Assembly (NCBI RefSeq): GCF_009834535.1
Contig: NC_045696.1
Location: 40,736,001-40,800,000, forward strand
Length of the DNA: 64,000 bases
Source: Camelus ferus
Taxonomy: Eukaryota
Direction: 5' to 3'
The notes below the pieces were generated by a model, which had not been told where the DNA came from, made no database searches, and saw only the letters and a program-made list of their open reading frames with translations. Position numbers and translations under genes: made by a program. Below are positions 14,336 to 26,544 of this stretch, in pieces; position 1 is the stretch's first letter; each line of letters opens with the position of its first letter.

Positions 14336-15180
14336 CAGAGCAGATCTAAGTTTTTGTGAGGCCTGAAGCTTATGCAATTTGGGGGCCCCTCTCAGAAAAA
14401 GAATACAAAATTACTGATACAAAATTAGATTTGAAAGAAGTTGTTTTAAATGAGAAATCACAACAGTATTGTTATAAATGCAAGAATTCTGAAAAGTTTT
14501 ATTTTACTCATCCCCATCAAGTAAGACCAAAAAATGTGTTTTTTTAACTGTAAAATGCACCATCTACTGTATTCCTATAGGAGAGACCTTTCATTTTAAA
14601 TAAACAAAGTGGGAACCTAATTCTCTGCTTACGGTTTTACATTTTTAATGATTGGAATAAGTTTCCACTGGCTAGTTTCTAATTTCATACATCCCAAACC
14701 TGGTTTCTCCTCCACTTCCCACACAGATCTAAGGAAGGGGGCTAGGGGTGCATTTGTGTCACAATTCACCAGCTCTAGCCCTGCACACTCTGTGTCAGAT
14801 GTCTGATGAGTTGGCATAGGGTGGTAGGAGTATTTCTGGAAGCATTTCTACACTGATAGCTAGCAATAATTTAACTGTAGACTGTATGATTGTGAACCTT
14901 ATAATACTAGCCCATTAAACTCAAACTCAATATTTGTCCAATCAGCTCCTTCTAACTGGATTCCCAAAATGCTTGCTCCTGTTCCAGTACCACTCACTAG
15001 GGGATATGTGACAGAGGTGAATTCTGAGTGGAAATAGACAGTGATCTATTGTATGTATTTTAATCACCATATATCTTTCTCTTGCTAATTTTTTAAGAAA
15101 AATTAACTGTATGACCCCTTGCCAGGATTCTCCCTAGGACCTAGAAGGGGTTTATGCAAGCAAGTACTTAGAAGCTTAAG
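14336..15180. mobile_element. hAT-Tip100-type DNA transposon remnant (MER115/Zaphod-like)
   Basis: gaggcctgaagcttatgcaatttgggggcccctc...aaagaatacaaaattac terminus recalled from this group; right boundary uncertain. Confidence 0.55.
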
Positions 15181-16373
15181 GAAATTGCTGAGAAATTGGA
15201 CTTCTGATACTTCTCATAAAGAGGACAAAGGCAGGGATTGAGGGAAAGAGAAGATATACACAACTTTTAACTTTAACTTGCTCTTTTTTGCCTTGGGTTG
15301 AAAAAGGACAGTGTACTTGACTCTACTTCTGAATTCAACCAATCCCATCTGGTGGTATCTTTTTTTTTTTTTTTTTCTCCAAGTAGCCCCTCAGGGAGTT
15401 GGAGAATGAGGCAGCACCTCATGACTTTGGTGACTCCATTCCATGGGCCAAATTAGCCACCGGGACTGAGTGGCACAGGCCTGGCTTAACTTCCTCAAAT
15501 GGCAGCAGTTCTAGAGGAATCTAGATGCTGGAGCCAGGCTGGGTAAGTTGGGTCCCCATAGTGTTCTTTTGATATTCTCTTAATTGAAATCACAGAAAGG
15601 CAGTTTTCTCTTTTGGAACCAAAAAGCATCACAGACTAAAGAAACAACTAATTTATTCAACCTACGATGATACGAGATTACCTCATTTTATATGTTAAAG
15701 GGTTTCAGATGAAATAATTTTTTGGAACAAGAAGTAACTCAGAGTATTTGATTGACAAGATATTTTCAATATTTCTCATGGGGTTTTGTTGTGTTAAGAG
15801 TCACTTACCTTTAAAATGTGTTATTTTCAACTAGATTGCTTAAATACAGACTGTACTCTTCAGTTTTCAGATTCTGGGCAATGGGAGAATATAGAATTCA
15901 GATTTTTTTTAAAGCATTACTGAGTTTTAAATATTTATGGATTTGATCCTGGTATTTATTTATTTTTATTTCATCCTTTAGGACAACCTTACAGTGATTT
16001 TTTAAAGTTAATAAAAGTGTAGAAGATTTGTGTAAGAGCTTTAATGTTTAACACAGAGAATATATATTACTTTTATAATAGAAATAAAGCAGCAGGAATT
16101 GGGGAGTTGCTTTTTACTTTTAACTAACATTGGGCCAGGTACTTGGGGCACTCATGGATACCCTCAGAGTGTTTACAGTTCAGATGGAAAAAAAGCACAC
16201 TGTGAGGAAGGAAAAAATTATGTACTGCTTTACAGGGTACAGTTAGTGGAGAAGCACTGTGAGCAAGAGGAAGAAGGCCTGTGTAGTCAGCCAAGACTTC
16301 CCTGAAGGAACCCAGATGAAGATGGGTTGGAGGACTAAGAGTGGCCTTTTCTGGGGAAGGGAATTCCCCAATT

Positions 16374-16565
16374 GGGGTCACCAGATTTAACAAATAAAAA
16401 TACATACCTTATTAAATTCAACTTTCAGATAAACAGTGAATACTTCTTAATACCCTACAGATATCCCCCATGCAATATTGGGACATACCTATACTAAAAA
16501 ATTATTTACTGTTTATCTGAAAGTTAAGTTTAATGAGGTAGCCTGTATTTTATCTGGCAGCCCTT
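16374..16565. mobile_element. MER53 palindromic hAT MITE
   Basis: Near-palindromic 190 bp with termini ggggtcaccagat / atctggcagccct and centre ccccatgcaatattgggacatac. Confidence 0.85.
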
Positions 16566-16796
16566 GCCTAAGGGCTTTTATTTTTGAAGACTCTATCATG
16601 GCCTCCATTGGTTGACTGGATTCTCCGAATCCAGCCACCCTTCTGTCTCTCCAGGGTCAGGACAGCAATGATAGGGGTGCTCCAGCCGTAAGATGGTGCT
16701 CTAGTCTGGTCCACAGCCAACCACATACCTGCTGGCTTTTCCAGCGTAAGGATATTGGGCCTCCCAAAGAAGAGGATGGATTTCCTTTAAAGACTT

Positions 16797-19510
16797 TTTT
16801 TTAATCAAACTTTTAGATTTTGAAATCATTATAGATTCACATACAGTGCTAAGAAACAATACAGAGACATTTCAAGTTAATTATTGAATAAGGTGTAAAA
16901 CTTAAGTAAGGATCCATTTTTTTTGCCTATGGATTTTTTTCCTATTTGTTGAAAAGGTTATCTAATCCTCTATTAAATTGCTTTTGCACTTTTGTCAAAA
17001 ATCAGTTGGGCATATTTGTGTGGGTCTCTTTCTGAGTCTTTATTCTGTTCCATTTACCTGTGTGTCTGTTTCTACACTAATACCACACATTCTTGATTAC
17101 TGTAGCTATATAATGTCTCAAAATTGTGTAAGTTAATTCCTCCCACTTGATTATTCTTTTTCAAACTGTTGTAACTCTTCTGATTCCTTTGCCATTCTAC
17201 ATAAATTTTAGAATAATATGTATATATCTAGAAAAAATATTACTGGGATTTTCATAGAAACTATGTTGAACCAGTATATCAATTTGGGTAGAGCTGGCAT
17301 CTTTACTATGATTAGTCTTCTAATGCATGAACCCAGTATATCTCTTCACTTATTTAGGTCTTCTCTGATTTCTTTCATCAGTATTTTGTAGTCTTCAGCA
17401 TGCAAGTCCAATACTTGTTTTGTTAAATTTACACCTAAGTATTTCAGGGATTTTTTTCAGTAATTTTTTTTCAGTGATTATAAATGGTATTGTATTTTTA
17501 ATTTTTGTGTTTACATGTTCATTGTTAATATATAGAAATAAAATTAATTTTTGCATACTTATCTTTTATTCCGCAATGGTGCTAAACTCACTTCTTAGTT
17601 CTAGCAAGGTTTTTTTTTTATTTTTTAGATTCCTTGGGATTTTCCATGTAAACAATAATGTCATCTGTAAATGGGAATAGTGTGATTTCTTCCTTTCTGA
17701 TATATATGTCTTTTATTTCCTTTTCTTGCCTTATTATACTGGTTAAAAGTTCTAGCACTATGTTGAATACTACTGACTAGAGCAGACATCCTTGCCTTAT
17801 TCCCAATCAGGGAGAAAGCATTTAGTCTTTTATTATTAAGTATAATGTTTGCTGTAGGTTTTTAATACATGCTGTTTATCAATTTCGATTCTTTTAAATT
17901 TATTGATGTTTTATGTCCTAGATTGTGGTCTGTCTTGGTACATTTTCCATAACACTTGAAAAGAATATGTATTCTGCTGTTGTTGAGTGGAATGTTCTAC
18001 AAATTTTGACCAGATCCTACTGGTTAAAGGTGTCACTCAATTCTTCTGTATCCTTGCTGATTTTCTGTCTGGTCATTTTCCAAGTTTTGAGTGGACTGTA
18101 AAGTTTACAACATAATTGTAGGTTTGTCTCTTCTTTCATTTCTATCAATTTTTATTTATGCATTTTTAAAATAGAGTTAGTGGGGATTGAACCCAGGACC
18201 TCATGCATTCTAAGCATACGTTCTATACTAAGCTACACCCTCCCCCTATTTCTATCAGTTTTACCTTCCCATATTTTGATGCTTATTCTTTCAGGATTGC
18301 TATGTCTATTTGGCATATTTACCCTTTTGTCATTATATAATGTACTTCTCTTTCTTTGGTAGTTTTCTTTACTCTGAAGTCTATTTTATCTGATATTTAT
18401 ATAAACACTCTTGCTTTTATTAAATCAATGTTTATATGTTATGTTTTATCATTTTACTTTCAACTATATTATCTTTGAGGTAAGTTTCTTGTAAACAGCA
18501 TATAGTTAGCTCATGTTTTTTAATCCATTCTGTGAATCTCTAGATTACTGTGTTTGGATCATTTACATTAATGTAATTGTTGATATGTTGGGGTTTAATC
18601 TGCCATTTTATTTTGTCTTTTCTATTTGTTTGCTGTTTTTTGTTTCTCTTTCCTGCCTTCCTATGGGTTACTTGAATATTTTTATAATCCTTTTTTGATT
18701 TGTCTTGGTACTTTTGAGTATTTCTCTTTGTATAGCTTTAAATCTTAGTGGTTGCTAAAACCACTACTGTGGGTGTAGCCTCATTACCCCTGGGCTATAT
18801 GTAAAGTCCTGATTCTCTATTGGGCTTTTCCTATGACACTATCCTAGTGGGGAAGGAGAGGTGCCTTTCATTACTGCCAGGAGGAGGCGGAAGTCCAGGC
18901 TCACCATGTAGTCTCCATTGATACTGCAGTGGTGGTGGTGGTGATGGGAGGAGAGAACAGGGGTTTGCTATCACCCTTCAGGGATGAAAATCCCTTCAGG
19001 TGTTCAATCCCCACTTGATCATCTCTGATACCACCCTGATGGAAGGTGGAAGAAGATTTGGTGTGCCTCATTACTGCCTGACAAAGGGAAAGTCTAGGGT
19101 CCCCACTCAGCCTTTGCTGGTGTAGGCAGGGCCACAGTTTTTCTGTTGTGTTTGGCAGGAGTCAAGTAGTTATTGTCTAAAAGTTTTTAGTCTTGCTAAG
19201 CTACCCCTTTCCTGGTCATTTTGTTAAATAGGGCAGACATTTGTTGAGGCTTTTTAGTCTGCTCTCACTAGCATTCCCAAGTTGCTAGCTTCTTTAGCTC
19301 CTAGTCCCGAGATAATAAGGCAAAAAGAAAACCAAGGTAGCTCAGCATTGTGTTGTTCCTTGGGCCTCAAAGTCCTTTGTGAGTCTGCCTTCTCTCCACC
19401 TTTCAGGGACTTCTTATGTTTGTTTTATATATAATGTTTTAGCCGTACTTAGCAGGAGGAATAGGGGAAAATATGACTACTACTACTCTCTTCCCAGAAG
19501 CAGAAGTTCT
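16797..19510 (-). mobile_element. Old, internally deleted L1 (ORF2 pieces plus probable 5' region)
   Basis: T-rich L1 antisense motifs (ttgcacttttgtcaaaaatcagttg, tttgctgtaggttttt, aatatgtattctgctgttgttg). GC-richer 18770-19510 resembles L1M 5' ends. Confidence 0.7.
18153..18246 (-). mobile_element. tRNA-Ala-derived SINE (Vic-1 type) nested in an old L1
   Basis: Reverse complement reads gggggagggtgtagcttagtatagaacg...gaggtcctgggttcaatcccca; TSD atttctatca(a/g)tttt at 18138-18152 and 18248-18262. Confidence 0.85.
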
Positions 19511-19620
19511 ATAAATACTTCTAATGCCAACTTAATCACTCATTTAAAAAGCCCTATTAATCTCCTACCTGCTACTACTTCATTGGGTAGAGTCCTTTTT
19601 TTCTACACAGTTAAAAAGTG

Positions 19621-19703
19621 TGTATATCAATTAGGGTTCTCCAGAAGAACAGAACCAATAGAAGATAGATCTCTGTCTCTGTCTCTGTCTCTGTCTCTGT
19701 CTC

Positions 19704-19734
<31 letters not shown>

Positions 19735-20175
19735 ATGGAATTGGCTCATGCAGTTATGGAGGCCATCGAGTCCTAAGACCTGTGGGGTGAATCGACAAAC
19801 TGGAGACCCAGGAGAGCCAATTGTTACAGTTCCAGTTCTCGTCAGAGTGACCTGAGAACCAGGAGAACTGATGGTATAGTTCCAGCTTGAAGGTTGGCAG
19901 GCTCCAGATCCAAGAGGAGCCAACATTTTAGTTCAAGACCAAAGGCAGAAAAAATTCTCTTACTTGGGGGAGGGCTTGCTTTTAGTTCTTTTCAGGCCTT
20001 CATCTGATTGGATGAGTCCCACCCACATTAGGGAGGGCAGTCTTCTTTATTCAGTCTACCCGTTCAAATGTTAACTTCATCCAAAAACACCTTCACAGAG
20101 ACATCCAGAATGTTTAACCAAATATCTGGGCACCCTGTGGCCCAATCAAGTTGACACATAAAATTAACCATCACA
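19621..20175 (-). mobile_element. ERVL solo LTR (MLT2 family)
   Basis: agggttctccagaagaacagaaccaatag ... caagttgacacataaaattaaccatcaca, i.e. the reverse complement of the MLT2 5' terminus. Confidence 0.88.
19670..19733. repeat. Compound microsatellite (TCTCTG)n-(TG)n inside the MLT2 LTR
   Basis: Directly visible in the sequence. Confidence 0.95.
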
Positions 20176-21025
20176 GTAAGCAAACATTTAAAAGCTCAGG
20201 ACTATCAAACTGGTTAATTTGTACCTAAACATTCTGACCAACATTACTCACAAATTCATATTTTGGGCTGACTTTGAGATATATGGAGAAACTCAAAGGG
20301 AATAAGTAAAACCTTTCAAAGATTCAAAACTGAGTTTAAAGAGCAACCACCAAAATCTGGAAGGACATATGGCATTATGGGAAGTAAAACTTATTGTTAC
20401 CATGTTTCTTTAAAAGAGCTTTATAAACCGAAAAAAAGAAAGAAGTTAAAACTTTTATCTTTCTTGATTCTTAGAGTAAGAATTTATTTTTTTCCATTGT
20501 TGAAAGATTTCATAAATTCAGAATAAGTATTTCTCATGCTCTGTAATCCTTTTGTCAGAATTCTTAACATTCCCCCTGGGGCCAACACACAGGTGTCAAC
20601 AGCTGGCTGGCTGTCAGTGCAGGCAGGATCGCTTGTGGGGAGAACTTTGGGCTTAAACAGATCTGGGTTCCCAGGTGTGTGACCTGGGGCAAATTGCTTC
20701 ACTCCCTCTAAACAGCAACTATCTTATCTGAAAATGGGGAGTTTAGTATCTCTAAAATCAGTATGAGTGTTCCCTAACTAAACACTCTCAAATGCTATAC
20801 AGCTGAATAATCTTCAGTTTTGCAGTTTTATAAGTAACAGTGCCATCTTGGTGTTTAAATCTCAGTGCCATCTTGGTGTTTAAATCTCTGTCTTTATTCT
20901 GAATAATTTCCTTAAATTCCACCTTAGAGGTGGAATTAATGAGTCAAAGGATAGAACCTTCTAGAAAGGTGGTACCAAGATTGCACCAGCATTGGGAGGA
21001 AGAAAAAAAGAGAGACACTTTTTCT

Positions 21026-21118
21026 TTTTTTTTTTTTTAATCATCATAGCTTATTGGGGGGAGTTACTTTTTTTAACTTTTTTTATTGAGTTATCATTTT
21101 ACAATGTTAAGTCAAACT
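21026..21118 (-). mobile_element. 93-bp retro-insertion (L1 tail plus extra sequence) with perfect TSD
   Basis: gagagacactttttct at 21010-21025 and 21119-21134; two T-runs inside the insert. Confidence 0.8.
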
Positions 21119-21159
21119 GAGAGACACTTTTTCTAATTTTTAAACTTTATATTTCCTAG

Positions 21160-21248
21160 AAGCATCAGATGGCGAAGGACGAGGAGACACAGAAATGATG
21201 CAGCAGGAGACAGCTCCAGTTCCTGCCTTGTCAAAGAAAACCAAACAG
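21160..21248 (+). CDS. CMSS1: CMSS1 coding exon 2 (89 nt): (E)[29 protein letters not shown]
   Basis: Acceptor atttcctag|AA, donor CAG|gtgaca. Translation matches the recalled mammalian CMSS1 N-terminus (EASDGEG.GDTE.MQQET). Phase 1 start, phase 0 end. Confidence 0.95.
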
Positions 21249-21979
21249 GTGACAGTCACTGTGGGAGCGTCACAACTGGGAGACTCTGAAATGAGCCTCT
21301 CTTACCCCTCTGCAGCATTCCCTGTGTCCTAACATCAATTATTGGTGGATTTGAGGGAAGCTTTTAACTTCTCTGCCTTTGAAAGAGCCATGCTTCATTA
21401 ATTATGAAACAGCAAGGTCTGTTTTTCCCTCTAATATTTTTTTCAATGTATTTTACAATAATCATATCATAGTACATTCTTACATCACATCACCAAAGAC
21501 CCAGGTTATTCTTTTGGGTGTAGTCCCTAGGAGGAGATAAATAGCATAAAGATATACAGGACTACCCCCACACCAACGCTGGATTCCAGTGCCATGCCAT
21601 GCTGCTAGCAGGCTCCCAGGGCCTCCTGTCTACGTAGCGTTATGGTCTGTTCTGTCAGTTCTCACTGGGGATTTGCTGCCTTCACATTACCACAAGTGGC
21701 CATTTGATAAACTTTGCTTCATGGACTTCTGACCTTTTATTGCCTTTTTAATCTTACTGGCCACTCACATCCATTTGCAGCTTTTTCACTTTATTTGTCC
21801 CTCAGACCTCATTGATATCCATGTGTGATTTTTAAAGGACTGTCTACTGTCAGTCCAAAGTTACCATCTTCTTCATAGTAATGATTTGTGGTCTTGTCTC
21901 TATTGTAAGTGGCCCTAACTCATTACACTAGAGGGTGACTCTCCCCCAAATTTGTGACTGGGCTCAGGATAATTGTGAG

Positions 21980-22175
21980 AAGCAGTCTGGCATAGTGGTT
22001 ACCTACAAGCTGTGAGACCTTGAACAAGTTAAACTCTCTGTGCCTCAGTCTCCTTGTTGATAAAATGGGGATAGTAAGTGTACTTTCTTCATAGAGTTGC
22101 AGTGGGGATTAAATAATTAACACTCAGTAAGCACTTTGAACAGTAGTTGGCAAAGAGTACACTGAAGTGATCATT
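21980..22175 (+). mobile_element. MIR SINE
   Basis: gctgtgagaccttgaacaagtt...ctctgtgcctcagtctcc...taaaatggggatagtaa. Confidence 0.75.
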
Positions 22176-24781
22176 ATTACGGTGAAATATACTTGAAGTC
22201 TTCTTTATTTTATTCACTATGTTTTCCTTGTGGAATGAAGAATGCCGAAAGACACATATTTAATATGTAATCAATCTTAGTTTTCTCTCCAGCTATTAAA
22301 TATCTTGCTCCAAGGCCCTGTATCAATTTTAGTTTTAACCAGTCTTTTAAAGACCTACAGATTAACATCATTTATTTCACCAAGGAGGGGTTTGATTTTA
22401 CCTTAACTCACCCCATCGACCACACCATAGTCATGCCTTCTTTGACCTCTGCCTCTAATCGGTGCCTACCTGCAGAACTTGTTTCCAAATATTCTTCAAC
22501 TTTCTTTTTCCTTACTTTTTCCCTTGATTTTCTTCTTTCTTGCTTCTCACCTTTTCTGGACTCTTCAGTGAAAGAATAAACTTGCATTAATAAACTCACC
22601 CAAGCCTACGTCTTTACTCTTTTTATTGGCAGAGCCTTCGCCTTGCTAAATTTTCATCTATTTTTTACATCCTTCCTCCTTGGCTTTTCTTTTCCTTCTT
22701 TTCCCACGACTGTCAAGTTAGATAAATGGCAGGAAACCCTAGAAAGAAGAGGGAAAGATCCATTCCCGTGAGCATTCACCTATCTTTCGGCGACCCAGGT
22801 TTCGACAACAATAAAGCCCATTTATTGAGCATTCATCACAGGCTGTGTGTAAGGCACCATGACCCACAACCATCACAGCCACCTTATGAGGTAGGGGACC
22901 CCATTTTACAAAGAACCTGAGGCTCAGAGAGATGGGTACGAGGAGTCCTGGCCCACTGGGCTGCCTGTAAACCAGGCCCTGAGGATGATGCTGCTTCCAC
23001 TTCCCTTTCCACCTGTCCTCCTCATTCAACTTGGGAAAGCTGGATTTACCAAGTCATTTAGTAATTTGTTGGTCACATGCTGTTGCTCTTTTCTGCTAAG
23101 AAAGAAATCAGAAAAGGTTAAGATTTTACAGCTTACTTTAACCACCTTCATCTACTCTGATTTCTCTCACTAACAAATGGCTTTAAAGAATCCAAGTCCT
23201 AGGTAGACATAGTGCCCTAACCCCTTTCTCCAAGCCTACCCTCATTGCCCCCACCAGAGAATTCACACAGGGATCTCTTTGTGCCCCTCTGCCTAAGATG
23301 AGTGTTATGCATCTGGCTCCCTGGTCTCCCCACCGGGCTGTACACCTCCAGGACAGTTTATCTGTGCATCTCCACAGCACCTAGCACAGAACCTTTCCTG
23401 AAGGTTTAACTTTGTTAAAAGGAGGAACAGATAACTACACCAGCATCCCAGTCTTCTTATAACTCTTCCCATCTCACCCTTTGTGGCCCAGCTATGAGCC
23501 AGCTCCCCGACACTGCTGCTGGCAGAGGCCTCTTGGAGCCACATGGCACATTGTCCCTCCTCCAGCCCCTCCTTGAAAGGTTCCCCCACCTTGACATTCA
23601 GAGCTGGGAGTCTCTCCTCCTCCACCCCAGTGCCACATGGTCCCTCAGGCTCTTTGTGCTCTCTTTCCTGCTGCTCTTCTCTCTCTGGAACTCATTCACC
23701 ACCCCAAGGACCACCTTTTTGTCAGGCCGACTGTCCTTTCTTGACTCCTTCTCTAGTTGTTTATGCAAACAGAGGTTGAGTCTCCAGTTAGTCTGTAAGT
23801 GCCTCAGGGCCCAGGGTTTGCTGCAGTGCCCAGCACAGCATGGGCACATGGCTCCTTTGGCAGATATGACCAGGTATTTGTTTTTTAATAGTAATTACAT
23901 ATTTTTCCTGGATCCAAAAGAAGGGAAAAATTATTTTTTGCTATATTTAAGTTTTGGATTTTTTTCAGATTTGCTTAGTTATTTTGCTCTTCTTTAAGGG
24001 TGTTTCTTTGATGCTTGCATAGGAACTCCCTGACATTATGCTGCTAGCTGTCATGTGCACTTAGGCTTTAATCAGCAGGCGAGAGGATCTGTCCTGTTAG
24101 ATGGCTTTCCCCTCTTTGCCATAACTGGGCCTCGCATTTCTTTTCCTGAGTCCATGCCTCCCATCTGTCCAGTATTTCAAGCAGCAGATTTATAACTTTA
24201 TAAAAGTTTTTTACATCATCTCTAGCAACCATTTCACATCTAAATAATCATCCTTGGCCTCCTTAATAATGTGAGTATAAAGATTTGCCAACAGTTCTTT
24301 TTTTCCAGATACTGCTTCCAAAATAAATGATGAATTTCCCTACTCCTAGAGATTGCATCACCCTCTTCCCTCCTCAACATCAGTCATTTCAGAGGCAGCC
24401 CTAGTGACTTTGTAATTATGGTTCCCAGAATATAATCCCTTATGAGGGAATCCGTGACTTTTCATTGATGCCTCCATGATGTCAGTAGCCTTTCAATAGT
24501 TCCATGACCTATCTTCTCCCCCTCAGAGACCACACTGGACTTCTTTTTACTTAAGTGAGCCTTATGTTTATCTCCTTGGATAGGAAAAGAATCTTCAGCA
24601 AGGCTACTTATCCCTTTCCCTACTTACTCACCTTCTCACTATTGTATTTTCTTACTATTTCCTTTCGCAATGATCATTTCATCTCTCTCCTACTCTTTAT
24701 CTTCAAAATTATTCTTGATTAAAAGAAATGAGGACTGTGTCCTATCCACTCTTTGATTTACTTCTACCTTTCCATGCAGGT

Positions 24782-26400
24782 GTCTCAATTCTGTTTTTCA
24801 TTGTATGAATGTATCACTGTACAACAAATTACCCCCAAAGTTAGTAGCTTAAAACAGAAAAAATTCTTTGTCTCAGTTTCTGTTACCTCACAGGCATGGT
24901 TCAGCTCAGTCTCTCTGGCTCTACAGCTCTCATCAGTTGTAAGGTGGGTGTCAGGGAGCTCTACCGTGCAGAATCCCCCCGCAAGCTCATTCATGTGGCT
25001 GTTGGCAGGCCTCAGTCCCTCACTACGTGAGCCTCTCCACAGGACTGCCTTACAACATTGCCACTGACTTCCTTCAAGCCATGTGACTAAAGAAGAAGCA
25101 AGCAAGAACACTCAAGACTGAAACCACAGTATTTTTATAACCTAATCTCAGAACTGACATCCCATCACTTCTGCCATATTCTGCTGGAAGTGGATCAGTA
25201 AATCCAGTCCACATTTAAGAGGAGGGAATGAATACCAGGAGATAGTGATCATTGGTAGCTATCCTAGAATCTGGTACCACAGTCTGCTCTCTGGCCCCCA
25301 GTGATTTACATCCCTCCCGTATTCAGAATATATTCACCCCTCCCAAGGCTTGCAAAAATCTCATGCCATTACAGCATGAGCTTGGTGCCCAGAATTTCGT
25401 TGTCTAAACCAGGTCTGGGTGCAGCTGAGGTTCCTTGGGTTTACTCCAAGTACAGCTCTTTGAGGACATTTCTTCTCAACCTATGAAACTCAAGAGACAA
25501 GTTTTCTCACCTCTACATGCCCAACACTGAGTGGTGAGACAAGCATAGGATGACCTATATATACATTTGTATAAAATAGGAGGAACAAGGAGTCACTGGT
25601 CCCCAGCAGTCGGAAAATGTTGGGAGTTTCTTGATTAAGTCTTAAGGCTTAGGGTCTTGTGGTTCTTTCATGGTTCTTGGCTCTGCTCTCTAGGTTCTTC
25701 TGTCTTTTGAATCACCCCCTCTTTTTTTTGATAAAAGGTAACATATGTTTGCAACTAAGCAGCTCTTTCAGCTTGCTACTTGACAGTAGAATTCTGAGGG
25801 CTCATCTTTGATTCTCTCAGTTTCTGAATATACAACTCCTTTAAGAATTTTATGCGTCTCTTACAATTCTTCTGGGGGTTTACTATGTTAGGCAGACATC
25901 ATACCCACAAATCTTTTCCAGATAAGCCATTCTCTAACTTAGGCCTCTGCTGAGATAATTGAAGGACAAGACCCCTTAAGCTTCCTAGAGTCGTGTTTGA
26001 GAGAATCTGTGAGGCACACCTTGTAATTTCCTTAAAGAGCTCTTATGTGACCGAATCATATCCTGAGGTACCACCTTTATTCTTTTTGAGGTTTTAACAA
26101 ATGTATTTGCAGTCATATCCTTAACTTTGACAGTCTCTCAATTTAACTCCCTTATTTTGCATTTTACTGTGTAAGCCACAAGAAGAAATCAGGTGACATC
26201 TCCAGTACTATTTGGAAATCTCCTTGACTAGATTACCCATAGCATTGGACATACTTTCTACTTTTCCACGTAACTGCAGACAACAGTACTGCTAAGCTTC
26301 CTACCACTACATAACAAGGACTCCCTTTCTTTCACTTTCCAGTAAGATTTTCCTCACTTTCTGCAAGCCCTCACCCTCAGTGTCCTCAAAGTCCAAAATT
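24782..26400 (-). mobile_element. MaLR LTR (MLT1F/G-like, to about 25281) plus adjoining MLT internal sequence
   Basis: acaaattacccccaaagttagtagcttaaaaca...catcccatcacttctgccatattct...taccaca, followed by an antisense polypurine tract (ctctctggcccc). Confidence 0.7.
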
Positions 26401-26544
26401 TTTGAACAGTGTGTTTAGACACACTATCCACCCATCAATCACCTTATTTCTGACACATTTCAAAGTAATTTGCAAAATCAGTATACTTCTCCCAGATACT
26501 TCAGCATGCATATTATTCTTTAAAGTTCAATATTTAAAGGGTTT

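Noticed and set aside
19379..19926. 158-aa and 99-aa ORFs with SLSL/VCVC/HTHT/DRDR runs
   Set aside because: Translation of a microsatellite within an MLT2 LTR.
1..21000. Expected FILIP1L (antisense, nested in CMSS1 intron 1) exons or CMSS1 exon 1
   Set aside because: No coiled-coil ORF, CpG island or MADDLGDEWW-like exon is visible; these are presumably upstream of the window.
23494..23997. Longest ORF in the track (167 aa) with several overlapping ORFs
   Set aside because: Low-complexity Leu/Ser/Phe-rich translation of pyrimidine-rich intronic sequence, with no recognisable domain or exon structure.
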